From positions 1,774-65,773 of the forward strand of contig CAZVRP010000002.1 of assembly GCA_964630255.1 (NCBI GenBank): a stretch of 64,000 nucleotides of DNA. The letters run 5' to 3'. How positions within the stretch are numbered: position 1 is the first letter of the stretch; every line of letters starts with the position of its first letter. Below are positions 18,408 to 27,250 of this stretch, piece after piece. This DNA is from an uncultured Oscillospiraceae bacterium (lineage in GTDB: Bacteria; Bacillota; Clostridia; Oscillospirales; Oscillospiraceae). The notes beneath the pieces were generated by a model, which did no database searches, was not told the origin of the DNA, and saw nothing but the letters and a program-made list of their open reading frames with translations. The translations under genes were made by a program, and so were the position numbers.

Positions 18408-18563
18408 TGCGTAAAGCCGTGTTTTTTGCGACTTGCGCAAATATTTCACGATATTTAATACTTTTGAAACAATCTTTCGCTTGCTTTTGTAACATCCGTT
18501 CTGTAGACTAATACTTGCAAGAGTCAGTTTCATCTTTTTCATTTTGTCCTCAATCCATAAGGG

Positions 18564-18607
18564 AACCGCCGGAACGATGTCGCAAGTTCCGGCGGTTTTC
18601 TTTTTTG
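18564..18607 (+). terminator. Rho-independent terminator (12-bp stem plus T tract)
   Basis: AACCGCCGGAAC-gatgtcgcaa-GTTCCGGCGGTT followed by TTCTTTTTT. Confidence 0.75.
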
Positions 18608-18653
18608 GCTATTTGTAGTATACTGGGACCAACGAATCAGAGGTCGGATCATT

Positions 18654-21218
18654 ATGAAAAGACTTGCCATAGGCATACTGGCCCACGTGGACGCCGGAAA
18701 AACGACCTTGTCGGAGGGTATGCTGTATCTCACGGGAAAAATCAAAAAGCTGGGCCGGGTGGACCACAGGAACACCTACCTGGACACCCACGACCTGGAG
18801 CGGGCCCGAGGCATCACCATCTTCTCCAAGCAGGCCATATTGCAGGCCGGAGACATGGAGATAACCCTGCTGGACACACCGGGGCATATAGACTTCTCCC
18901 CCGAGGCGGAGCGTGTTTTACAGGTGCTGGACTACGCCATTCTGGTCATCAGCGGCACAGACGGCGTCCAGGCCCACACGGAGACGCTGTGGGCTCTCCT
19001 GCGCCGGTATCGGGTCCCCGTCTTTCTGTTCGTCACCAAGATGGATGTGAACGGCGCGGACCGGGCCGCCGTCATGGCCGATCTGCGCAGCCGTCTGGAC
19101 GGCGGATGCGTGGACTTCTCCCCCGCCCCGCCCGCTGTCCGGGACGAGGAGGCTATCGCCATGCTGGACGAGGCTGCACTGGACCGCTACATGGAATCCG
19201 GCGCCGTTCCCAGGGACGACATCGTCCGCATGATCCGGGAACGAAAGCTGTTTCCCTGTTTTTTCGGTTCGGGACTCAAGCTGGACGGCGTGGAGGCATT
19301 TCTGTCCGCCCTGGACCGGTATACCGCCGCGTCTGCCTATCCCGCTCCCTTTGGGGCCCGTGTCTACAAGATCGCACGGGATGGCACAGGGAACCGGCTG
19401 ACCTATTTGAAGGTCACGGGCGGCAGTCTCTCCGTCCGTGCGCCCATGCGCTATCTGCCTCTTCACGGCCAGGAGCCGGTGGAGGAAAAGATCAGTCAGA
19501 TACGCCTGTACTCCGGCATCAAATTCGACGCCGCCGACACCGTCCAGGCCGGCCAGGTATGCGCCGTGACGGGCCTGTCCCAGACCTGGCCGGGCCAAGG
19601 TTTGGGGGCGGAGCCGGACGGGGACGAGCCCTTCCTCACCCCGGTGATGGGCTACCGCATAGTCCTGCCGCCTGACTGTGACGCCCGGGTGATGCTTCCT
19701 AAGCTCAAGCAGCTGGAGGAAGAGGAGCCACAGCTCCATATCCTTTGGCAGGAGCGTCTGGGCCAGATACATGTACAGCTCATGGGCGCCGTGCAGATAG
19801 AGGTGCTCAAAAGCCTGATCCGTTCCCGGTTCGATGTGGATGTCGATATCGACGCCGGGCAGGTCCTTTACCGGGAGACCATCGCGGGTCCCGTGGAGGG
19901 CGTGGGCCATTTCGAGCCCTTGAAGCACTATGCGGAGGTCCATCTTCTGCTGGAGCCCGGGCCGCCCGGCTCCGGCATCGTGCTGGACACCGCCTGCAGC
20001 GAGGATGTGCTGGACCGGAACTGGCAGCGGCTCATACTCACCCATCTGGAGGAGAAGCGGCATTTGGGTGTGCTGACCGGCTCTCCCCTCACCGATGTGA
20101 AGATCACCCTTCTGACCGGACGAGCCCATGTGAAGCACACTGAGGGCGGGGATTTCCGCCAGGCCACCTACCGGGCGGTACGCCAGGGGCTCATGCAGGC
20201 CCAGAGCGTACTGCTGGAACCCTGTTACGCCTTCCGGCTGGAGGTGCCCGCCGCCCAGATCGGGCGGGCCATCAGCGATATACGGTCCATGGGCGGGACC
20301 CATGACAGCCCTGTCGCTGCGGAGGACCGCATGATCCTCACCGGCACGGCCCCCGTATCCTCCATGGGCGATTATATGGCTCAGGTAGCCGCCTATACCG
20401 GCGGCCGGGGCCGCCTTGCCTGCCATGCAAACGGCTACCGGCCCTGCCATAATGCCCAAGCGGTCATCGAGGCCATGGGCTACGACCCGGAGGCGGACCT
20501 GGAAAACACGCCGGACAGCGTGTTCTGTGCCCACGGCGGCGGCTTTCCGGTGAAGTGGGACAAGGTGCGCGAGTATATGCACCTGGAGAGCGGCCTGAAA
20601 GACCCCCCGCAGCCTCCGGAGGATGATACCGCGCCCCGGCTTCGCCGCGAAAATCTGAACATCGACGAAAAAGAGCTGGCAGCCATCATGGAGCGGGAAT
20701 TCGGCCCCATCCGCCGGAAACAGTACGCCGCCCCTCAGGTGAACAGCGCCCCCGGCATCCAGTTCCAGGCCCGGAAGACCCGGGAGCACATCATCGTGGA
20801 CGGCTACAACGTCATCTTCGCCTGGCCGGAGCTGAAAGCGCTGGCCGCCAAGGGCCTGGGCCTGGCCCGGACCCGGCTTTTGGATATGCTGGCCAACTAC
20901 CAAGGCTATACCCAGTGCGACATGATAGCGGTCTTCGATGCCTATAAGGTCCCCGGCGGCCAGGGGAGCCGGGAAAACCAGGGGAATGTTCACATCGCCT
21001 ATACCAAGGAGAACGAGACGGCGGATATGTACATTGAGCGGCTGGTGAACGATATCGGCAAAAATGAGACCGTGCGGGTGGTGACCTCCGACCGGCTCAT
21101 CCGCTTGGGGGCGCTGCGCTCCGGCGTACTGCGCACATCCTCCTCGGAGTTCAAGGCGGAACTGGATCGGGTCCTGGAGCAGATATCCCAGGCCGTCAGG
21201 CGGTCACAGGAGCAATAA
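18654..21218 (+). CDS. TetM/TetO/EF-G-like translational GTPase fused to a C-terminal YacP/Rae1-type NYN ribonuclease domain
   Basis: 854 aa. G motifs are AHVDAGKTT, RGITI, DTPGH and TKMD, with domains II-V colinear with ribosomal protection proteins. From residue 705 onward the tail reads HIIVDGYNVIF...AVFDAY...YTKENETADMYIERL...VVTSDRL, matching the Rae1/YacP signature. Confidence 0.85.
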   Translation: MKRLAIGILAHVDAGKTTLSEGMLYLTGKIKKLGRVDHRNTYLDTHDLERARGITIFSKQAILQAGDMEITLLDTPGHIDFSPEAERVLQVLDYAILVISGTDGVQAHTETLWALLRRYRVPVFLFVTKMDVNGADRAAVMADLRSRLDGGCVDFSPAPPAVRDEEAIAMLDEAALDRYMESGAVPRDDIVRMIRERKLFPCFFGSGLKLDGVEAFLSALDRYTAASAYPAPFGARVYKIARDGTGNRLTYLKVTGGSLSVRAPMRYLPLHGQEPVEEKISQIRLYSGIKFDAADTVQAGQVCAVTGLSQTWPGQGLGAEPDGDEPFLTPVMGYRIVLPPDCDARVMLPKLKQLEEEEPQLHILWQERLGQIHVQLMGAVQIEVLKSLIRSRFDVDVDIDAGQVLYRETIAGPVEGVGHFEPLKHYAEVHLLLEPGPPGSGIVLDTACSEDVLDRNWQRLILTHLEEKRHLGVLTGSPLTDVKITLLTGRAHVKHTEGGDFRQATYRAVRQGLMQAQSVLLEPCYAFRLEVPAAQIGRAISDIRSMGGTHDSPVAAEDRMILTGTAPVSSMGDYMAQVAAYTGGRGRLACHANGYRPCHNAQAVIEAMGYDPEADLENTPDSVFCAHGGGFPVKWDKVREYMHLESGLKDPPQPPEDDTAPRLRRENLNIDEKELAAIMEREFGPIRRKQYAAPQVNSAPGIQFQARKTREHIIVDGYNVIFAWPELKALAAKGLGLARTRLLDMLANYQGYTQCDMIAVFDAYKVPGGQGSRENQGNVHIAYTKENETADMYIERLVNDIGKNETVRVVTSDRLIRLGALRSGVLRTSSSEFKAELDRVLEQISQAVRRSQEQ

Positions 21219-21964
21219 TGGAAAAAAAGCTTGAAAACCGCATAGAGGAACTGGCCGCCCGGTGTGAAAAGACCAGCTGCGTCACCGCCACCGGCTTTCT
21301 CACCATGGCCGAGCAGATGGACGTGACCGTCTGGGCAAAGCGGCAGACGGATGTGAAACTGTGTTTCCACGGGGGCGATACCGCCTGCGAACGAAAGGCC
21401 GCCTTCTTCCTCCCCTACTATATGGAGGCGGAGGACCTGGACGCCGGGGAGTATATCCGCGCCGTGAAGGTGACCGCCTACTTCGGTGAGCCATCCCACC
21501 GGGACTATATGGGCGCGGCTCTGGGCCTGGGCATCCGACGGGAATGGCTCGGTGACTTCCGGGTCCGGGGGAGCACAGCCTATATCTTCTGCCTGCCCTC
21601 CGTGGCAGGGCTTCTCACCGACGAGCTGACAAAAGCCGGGCGGGTGAGCGTCAGGACCGTCCCCTGCTCCCTGGCTGATGTGCCCGCGCCGGAGAGGAAG
21701 GTGAAAAGGCTCACTTTCACCGTCAAAAGCCTGCGGCTGGATGCGGCGGCCGGCAGTATGTTCGGCCTGTCCCGCACCGCCGCGGCAGAGCTTATCCGGG
21801 CAGGGGCCGCAAGCCTCAATCACGTCCTATGCCAGCATGTGGACGCCCCCATCGGTGAGGGAGACGTGATCTCCCTTCGGGGGTACGGCAAGGGTGCAAT
21901 CATGAAGATCGGCAGCAAATCCCGTAAAGACCGGACCTTTGTCGAGGCAGAGATATATCTTTAG
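21218..21964 (+). CDS. ylmH: YlmH-like S4-domain RNA-binding protein
   Basis: The ATG overlaps the upstream stop (TAATG). Colinear with B. subtilis YlmH: ERKAAFFLPYY, DYMGAALGLGIRREWLGDF, KSLRLDAA, GDVISLRGYGKG, KSRKDRT. Confidence 0.8.
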   Translation: MEKKLENRIEELAARCEKTSCVTATGFLTMAEQMDVTVWAKRQTDVKLCFHGGDTACERKAAFFLPYYMEAEDLDAGEYIRAVKVTAYFGEPSHRDYMGAALGLGIRREWLGDFRVRGSTAYIFCLPSVAGLLTDELTKAGRVSVRTVPCSLADVPAPERKVKRLTFTVKSLRLDAAAGSMFGLSRTAAAELIRAGAASLNHVLCQHVDAPIGEGDVISLRGYGKGAIMKIGSKSRKDRTFVEAEIYL

Positions 21965-22055
21965 GACTTTACCTGTCCCTCCGATTTGCCGTAACGGCCC
22001 GGGAAGAAAACTTCCCGGACCGTATTTTTTTCTGCGTTCGGCGCAAACTAAGGCC

Positions 22056-23075
22056 ATGGAAACAAAACGATTGGGAAATCAGACCGTCCATCTCGCGCTT
22101 CAGCCGGGCATCGCCGCGGCTGCCTGCGTCGGCGGCAAAAAAGAGGGCCAGGGTCCACTGAGGAAATATTTTGATTATTTGAGCGACGACTCCCGCTTCG
22201 GCGCCAGGAGCTGGGAAAAGGCGGAGAGCGCCATGCTGAAGATGTGCTACTCCATCGCCTGCGACAAGGCGAAAACCGCGCCAGGGGATGTGGAATATGT
22301 GTTCTCCGGTGACCTTTTGAATCAGTGCGCCGGGTCCGCCTATGCCATGCGGGAGTGCGGTGTGCCCTATTTCGGGCTCTACGGCGCCTGCTCCACCATG
22401 GCGGAGGGGCTGTCCCTGGCCGCCATGCTGATCGACGGCGGCTTTTGCGATATCGCGGCGGCGGCCACCAGCTCTCATTTCTGCTCCGCCGAGCGGCAGT
22501 ACCGCTATCCCCTCCAGTATGGCAGCCAGCGGCCGCCTACGGCCCAGTGGACCGTGACCGGCGCGGGCGCGGCCATATTGAAAGGCGATGGTCCCGCCCC
22601 TTATGTGACCCATATCACCACCGGCGCCATCACCGACGCGGGCGTCACGGATATGAACAACATGGGCGCGGCCATGGCCCCCGCGGCCTATGACACCCTG
22701 GCCGCCCACTTTGAGGACACCGGCCGGAGTCCGGACTACTATGACGCTATCGTCACCGGCGACCTGGGCGTGGTAGGCTCCGACATCCTGCGAGATCTGT
22801 TTATGAGAGACGGCGTCGATCTGGGCCTCCGGTATATGGACTGCGGACGGCTCATCTACTCCATCGAGAGCCAGGACGCCCACAGCGGCGGTTCAGGCTG
22901 CGGCTGCTCTGCCTCCGTCCTGTGCGGCCACCTGCTCCATGGGATGCTGGAGGGCCACTGGAGCCGTCTGCTGTTCGCCGCCACCGGCGCCATGATGAGC
23001 CCCACCACCAATCAGCAGGGCGAGAGCATCCCAGCCATCTGTCATGCGGTAGCTCTGGAAAATACCCGATGCTGA
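22056..23075 (+). CDS. spoVAD: Stage V sporulation protein AD
   Basis: 339 aa from METKRLGNQTV. Thiolase-like fold: GDLLNQCAGSAYAMRECGVPYFGLYGACSTMAEGL...GGSGCGCSA. Confidence 0.9.
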   Translation: METKRLGNQTVHLALQPGIAAAACVGGKKEGQGPLRKYFDYLSDDSRFGARSWEKAESAMLKMCYSIACDKAKTAPGDVEYVFSGDLLNQCAGSAYAMRECGVPYFGLYGACSTMAEGLSLAAMLIDGGFCDIAAAATSSHFCSAERQYRYPLQYGSQRPPTAQWTVTGAGAAILKGDGPAPYVTHITTGAITDAGVTDMNNMGAAMAPAAYDTLAAHFEDTGRSPDYYDAIVTGDLGVVGSDILRDLFMRDGVDLGLRYMDCGRLIYSIESQDAHSGGSGCGCSASVLCGHLLHGMLEGHWSRLLFAATGAMMSPTTNQQGESIPAICHAVALENTRC

Positions 23076-23096
23076 AATCGGAGGTGGAATGTTGAC

Positions 23097-23468
23097 ATGA
23101 ACGATACTTTGATGAGCTTTTTAAAGGCCTTTCTTGTGGGCGGGGGGCTGTGCCTTATCGGCCAGCTTCTCATCGACCTGACGAAGCTGACGCCCGCCCG
23201 CATCCTCACCGTATATGTGGTAGCCGGCGTGGTCCTGGGGGCCGTCGGCCTATACCAGCCCTTTGCCGACTGGGCGGGGGCCGGCGCCACTGTTCCGCTG
23301 ACTGGTTTTGGGAACCTTCTGGCCAAGGGTGTGCGGGACGCCGTGGCCCAGCACGGAGTGATCGGCGCTTTCACCGGCGGCTTTACTGCCGCAGCGGGCG
23401 GCATCTGCGCGGCAATTTTTTTCGGCCTCATCGTCGCGCTTGTGTTCAAGAGCAAGGAGAAATACTGA
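23097..23468 (+). CDS. spoVAEB: Stage V sporulation protein AEb (SpoVAC/SpoVAEB family)
   Basis: 123 aa, nearly colinear with B. subtilis SpoVAEb: AFLVGGGLCLIGQLLIDLTKLTPA...AGAGATVPLTGFGNLLAKG...ALVFKSK. Confidence 0.85.
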   Translation: MNDTLMSFLKAFLVGGGLCLIGQLLIDLTKLTPARILTVYVVAGVVLGAVGLYQPFADWAGAGATVPLTGFGNLLAKGVRDAVAQHGVIGAFTGGFTAAAGGICAAIFFGLIVALVFKSKEKY

Positions 23469-23477
23469 TATAAAAAT

Positions 23478-23506
23478 CCCAGGAGGAGCGGCAAGCTCCT
23501 CCTGGG
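23478..23506. terminator. Bidirectional terminator between convergent genes
   Basis: CCCAGGAGGAGC-ggcaa-GCTCCTCCTGGG, a 12-bp stem with T-rich runs on both sides. Confidence 0.75.
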
Positions 23507-23515
23507 GTCGTGTTT

Positions 23516-23887
23516 TTAAGCCTTAGGCTCCTCCGCCGCAGGCGTCTCCACCTCGGAGGCGGCGGCCTGGGCGGCGTCGGCGGCAGTCACGGGGGCCTCC
23601 GGCGCGACCTCTGCGGCGGCAGGCGCGGCGGGCTTCTCCTCCTCATTGAAGACCACCAGATCGTCCTCCACCTTTTTGCCGGCGTTCTCATCGATGTTCA
23701 AAACCTTCATGGCCTTTTTCTTGGCCTTACGCCACAGCACACCGGCGACAGCGCCGCCGGCCACCACCACGCCCACCACAGCCTGGATGGCGAAGGTGGT
23801 CACGGAGGGGTCTACATAGGCGTGGGCAGGCATCATGAGGATGGCGCTGAAGCAGACCATATAAAACAGGGTACGGAGAGTTTTCAA
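23516..23887 (-). CDS. Hypothetical small membrane protein (signal peptide, one TM, Ala/Pro/Glu-rich tail)
   Basis: TTG start, 8 nt after AAGGA. Sequence: KTLRTLFYMVCFSAILMMPAHA; TM AIQAVVGVVVAGGAVAGVLW; low-complexity tail. I recognise no family. Confidence 0.5.
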   Translation of the reverse strand: MKTLRTLFYMVCFSAILMMPAHAYVDPSVTTFAIQAVVGVVVAGGAVAGVLWRKAKKKAMKVLNIDENAGKKVEDDLVVFNEEEKPAAPAAAEVAPEAPVTAADAAQAAASEVETPAAEEPKA

Positions 23888-23942
23888 TGGTTCGTCCTTC
23901 TTTCTTAAATTATGAGTAGTATAACATCGGCGTAAAAGTTAA

Positions 23943-24731
23943 TCAAGGAAAATCTTCATAGCTTTTGTCCAGCGCCCTCAATTCCGCCAGGGTGTCGATC
24001 TCGACGATATCCCCGGGGGCGCACAGCCGCGCCCGAACGGCGTACTGATCCGGGTATAGGTTCAATGGCACCTGCTCAAAGAAGATATCCCGGCCTCCAG
24101 GCGCATTGAACGCTTCCCGGATATGACCTGCCAGTCGGGCGCCGTCCGCAGCCGTCCAGTAAGACAGCACGAACATCTGACAGCAGTCCTCTCCGCCCTT
24201 TTGCACGGACCGGATGCGGCCTTCTCCGTCCACGGTGAAGCACCAGTCGTCAGTGCGTTCCACCGGCAGGGCCAGAAAGTTGGACTCATACTGGTATTTG
24301 GTGATGAGTCCGGGATCAGACAGCAGCAAATCCGCCTCCATCACATAGGCGTTTTGCAGATGCTCCGCCGCCAGCAGCGTGGAGTAAATGGCGTTGGTCC
24401 GGGCGTACAGGCCGTTTTCAATAAATTGCACGGTCGGGTATTTTTCCAGCAGGACATTGAACATCTCCGCCTTATAGCCCCGGACGATGTATATCTCCTC
24501 AATGCCGGCGGCCGTCACCGCGTCCAGCAGAGAGTCGATGATGCGCCTTCCATGCACCGTCACCAGAGGCTTGGGAATCCGCTCTGTCAGAGGCGCCATG
24601 CGGCTGCCAAACCCGGCGGCCATGAATACGGCCCGCCGCACCCGATAAGGCTCCAGCGCCGCCAGCTCCGCCTCTGTGGCCAGGCCAAGCCGCTCTTTTC
24701 CCGTCAGCCGGTCAAACTCCGCTCTCGTCAT
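23943..24731 (-). CDS. LicC-like phospho-alcohol (phosphocholine-type) cytidylyltransferase
   Basis: The NTP-transferase motif is AVFMAAGFGSRMAPLTERIPKPLV. The LicC-like body is IVRGYKAEMF...NAIYS...MEADLL. The start overlaps the kinase gene stop. Confidence 0.75.
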   Translation of the reverse strand: MTRAEFDRLTGKERLGLATEAELAALEPYRVRRAVFMAAGFGSRMAPLTERIPKPLVTVHGRRIIDSLLDAVTAAGIEEIYIVRGYKAEMFNVLLEKYPTVQFIENGLYARTNAIYSTLLAAEHLQNAYVMEADLLLSDPGLITKYQYESNFLALPVERTDDWCFTVDGEGRIRSVQKGGEDCCQMFVLSYWTAADGARLAGHIREAFNAPGGRDIFFEQVPLNLYPDQYAVRARLCAPGDIVEIDTLAELRALDKSYEDFP

Positions 24732-25642
24732 ACCGCCGCCTCCCCATAATGGGCCATGCGCTCAAGGCTGTCCCGGGCGTAGGTGACGCCCAACAGAGCA
24801 TAGTCCCGGTAAAAGGCACGGCTATCTGGCTCCATCTTTGCCTTGAACACGCTCCAGGCGCCCCACATAATGGCCACGGCGGCACAAAAGCCGAAAAGCT
24901 CCCTGCACTCACCGGCTGTGGGCTCCCGGTCCAGATACATCCCCAGCAGCTTCACGCAGGCGGCCTCGTCCAATTCTCCGTCATGGCAGAAGTCCCCCAG
25001 GTCCTCCATGGGCACGCTGACGGCGGCGTACTCCCAGTCGATCAGAGCCGGGGTCCGGCCCGCCGGAAACAGAAAGTTGTGGGGCAGGCTGTCCCCATGG
25101 ACCACCTGGAATCGGCTCTCGTCCTCATAGAGCTTTGAGCAGGCGGCAATGACCGTCTCACGCACGTTCCAGAAATCACGGGGATAAAACTCGTTTCCAT
25201 CCACCCTCTCCACACACTGGATGTAGTACGTCAGCCGGTCCAGAGCCGTATTGCGCTTTTCTCCCCGCAGACGCAGCCCATGAAACCGGCGCAAAAGCGC
25301 CATCGCGCCGCGCAGCTCGCTTTCATCAGATGTATCGACCACATGGCAGTCCGGCCAGTACTCCGTTACACGCACACCTGTATCCGGGTCAAAATAACAT
25401 ATAATATCCGTGATGTTCTCATGCCGCAGCCGCGCATACAAGGCGCACTCCGCCCGGCGGTCGCAGAACATTTCCGTGCCCCGGCCGGGTACCCTGAGCA
25501 GATAGTCGCCCTGGTCCGTGCGGAACACATATGTATCGTTGGATATGCCTCGGCCCGGATTATCATAGGCGTCCAACACACTGTCCGGGGACATATCCAT
25601 CACCTGAAGGAACAGCTCCGTTATCTCTTTATTCACTCCCAT
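24728..25642 (-). CDS. Choline/ethanolamine-kinase-like (LicA/APH fold) kinase
   Basis: Start at MGVNKEITE (25642). Brenner motif is VVHGDSLPHNFLF. Choline-kinase motif is LIDWEYAAVSVPMEDLG. Confidence 0.75.
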   Translation of the reverse strand: MGVNKEITELFLQVMDMSPDSVLDAYDNPGRGISNDTYVFRTDQGDYLLRVPGRGTEMFCDRRAECALYARLRHENITDIICYFDPDTGVRVTEYWPDCHVVDTSDESELRGAMALLRRFHGLRLRGEKRNTALDRLTYYIQCVERVDGNEFYPRDFWNVRETVIAACSKLYEDESRFQVVHGDSLPHNFLFPAGRTPALIDWEYAAVSVPMEDLGDFCHDGELDEAACVKLLGMYLDREPTAGECRELFGFCAAVAIMWGAWSVFKAKMEPDSRAFYRDYALLGVTYARDSLERMAHYGEAAV

Positions 25643-25658
25643 GGACAAGAACCTTTCC

Positions 25659-27236
25659 TCAGATGAACGCCCTGCGGAACAGGCGGTTCCATACGCTCCG
25701 GCACAGCAGTCCCAGCGCGCCGCAGGTCTTTCCTTCAAAAAGCCTGCCCGCCAGGTATAGGGCCTTGACCCGGATAGCGCCGATATCCTCCGCCGTGAGA
25801 GGATCGCCGTCCAGGACCACAAAATCCGCGATCTTTCCCACAGTCAGGCTCCCCCGCTCCTTCTCATCAAAGCTCATATAGGCGGGGTTGTAGGTGATCA
25901 TCCGCAGGGCGTCCAGCCGGTCAAGCCTCTCATCCGGGTCTGGATGACTGGTGGAGCAGGCCATGGCCCGCAGAGGGTCCGGCCTGGTGCACGGCCCGTC
26001 CGATCCGTCCCCCATCACGATGCTCAGCCTGCTGAGGCTCCCCAGGGGGTTGAGTCTGGCCGCCCGTTCCGCGCCCAGGATGCGGTCCAAATATTCCTGT
26101 GGCTCCTGCTTCCAGTATATAAAGGGCGACTGGACCGCCAGGCACAGCCCAAGCTTCTTCACCCGCTCCATCTGGTCCGGGTGGATCATGCAGGCGTGAA
26201 TCATCACATGCCGGGCGTCGGTCCATGGCTTGTCCGCCATGGCCGCCTCATAGGCGGTGATACACTGCTCCACCGCCGCGTCGCCGATAGCATGCATGGA
26301 TATCTGCAGGCCCATCCGGTTGGCCCGGACGGCGAAGTCGCTCACCTGCTCCTGGGTGTAATAGAGTATCCCCTTGTTCTCCGGGTCGTTGGCATAGGGC
26401 TCCAGCAGCGCCGCATCCTCCGATCCGAAGCAGCCGTCCAAGGCCAGCTTGAAGCATCCCCCTACCCGGGGCAGCTTGCGTTTTTTTACCGCCTCCAGAT
26501 CCATGGTCTGGAAGAAGATACGGTATGCCTGGGGCAGACCCGGCGCCAGAATGTTTATCATATCCACATCCAGGTCCCCGGGATAGCCTACGCCCTCCAC
26601 GTTGTGAACCAGACCGATGCCCTTCTCCGCCAGAGCCGCAGCCCCCTTGGACAGGCCCCGCACCACGTCCATAATGGGGATCTTGGCCGTGACCTCGTTG
26701 ACGCCCTTGAAAAAGGCGTTCTGATACAGCCAGCCTGTCTCGGCGTCGCAGCCCGGATCGGACTTGACCTCATCGGACAGCATGGCCAGCATGGCGCTGT
26801 TGCACACGGCCGCGTGTCCGTCGTACTTCATGACCACCAGAGGACGGTCCGTCCACTTGTCCATGTCCTTCCGCTCCGGCAGACGCCCCTCCGCCACCGT
26901 GTGGGCGGAGCAGCCGTAGCCCATGAGTACTCTGGCCTTGGGGTGGGCGACGGCATAGGCGTGGACGATGGACGCCGCCTCGTCAAAGCTGGCGGCGTCC
27001 ATGAGATAAAAGGTCTGCTCAAAGGTGCACAGGGACTCAAAGTGCATGTGGGTGTCTCCAAAGGCAGGAGTCACCACAGTCCCGCCCAGATCAACGCGCC
27101 GGGCGCTCTGATACCGCGCCGGAACGTCGTCAGCCTCCCCCAGCCAGACAATCCGCCCCTTTTTCACCGCCATGGCGGTGAAAAACCGATTCTCCGGTTC
27201 GCAGGAGATGAACCTCGCATTGGTATAAAGCTCCAT
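25659..27236 (-). CDS. Amidohydrolase-3 (YtcJ-like metal-dependent hydrolase)
   Basis: 525 aa. N-terminal metal motif is PAFGDTHMHF. Further motifs are ...SMHAIGDAAV... and ...VLDGDPL at the C-terminus. Confidence 0.8.
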   Translation of the reverse strand: MELYTNARFISCEPENRFFTAMAVKKGRIVWLGEADDVPARYQSARRVDLGGTVVTPAFGDTHMHFESLCTFEQTFYLMDAASFDEAASIVHAYAVAHPKARVLMGYGCSAHTVAEGRLPERKDMDKWTDRPLVVMKYDGHAAVCNSAMLAMLSDEVKSDPGCDAETGWLYQNAFFKGVNEVTAKIPIMDVVRGLSKGAAALAEKGIGLVHNVEGVGYPGDLDVDMINILAPGLPQAYRIFFQTMDLEAVKKRKLPRVGGCFKLALDGCFGSEDAALLEPYANDPENKGILYYTQEQVSDFAVRANRMGLQISMHAIGDAAVEQCITAYEAAMADKPWTDARHVMIHACMIHPDQMERVKKLGLCLAVQSPFIYWKQEPQEYLDRILGAERAARLNPLGSLSRLSIVMGDGSDGPCTRPDPLRAMACSTSHPDPDERLDRLDALRMITYNPAYMSFDEKERGSLTVGKIADFVVLDGDPLTAEDIGAIRVKALYLAGRLFEGKTCGALGLLCRSVWNRLFRRAFI

Positions 27237-27250
27237 GCCGCTATCCTCCC

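Noticed and set aside
18407-18511. A 34-codon Cys-rich ORF (MRKAVFFATCANISRYLILLKQSFACFCNIRSVD) overlapping the GNAT stop.
   Set aside because: Its AT-rich composition is unlike the coding regions here, it has no RBS, and it resembles no family. It is mentioned only as a hypothetical leader peptide in the attenuator finding.
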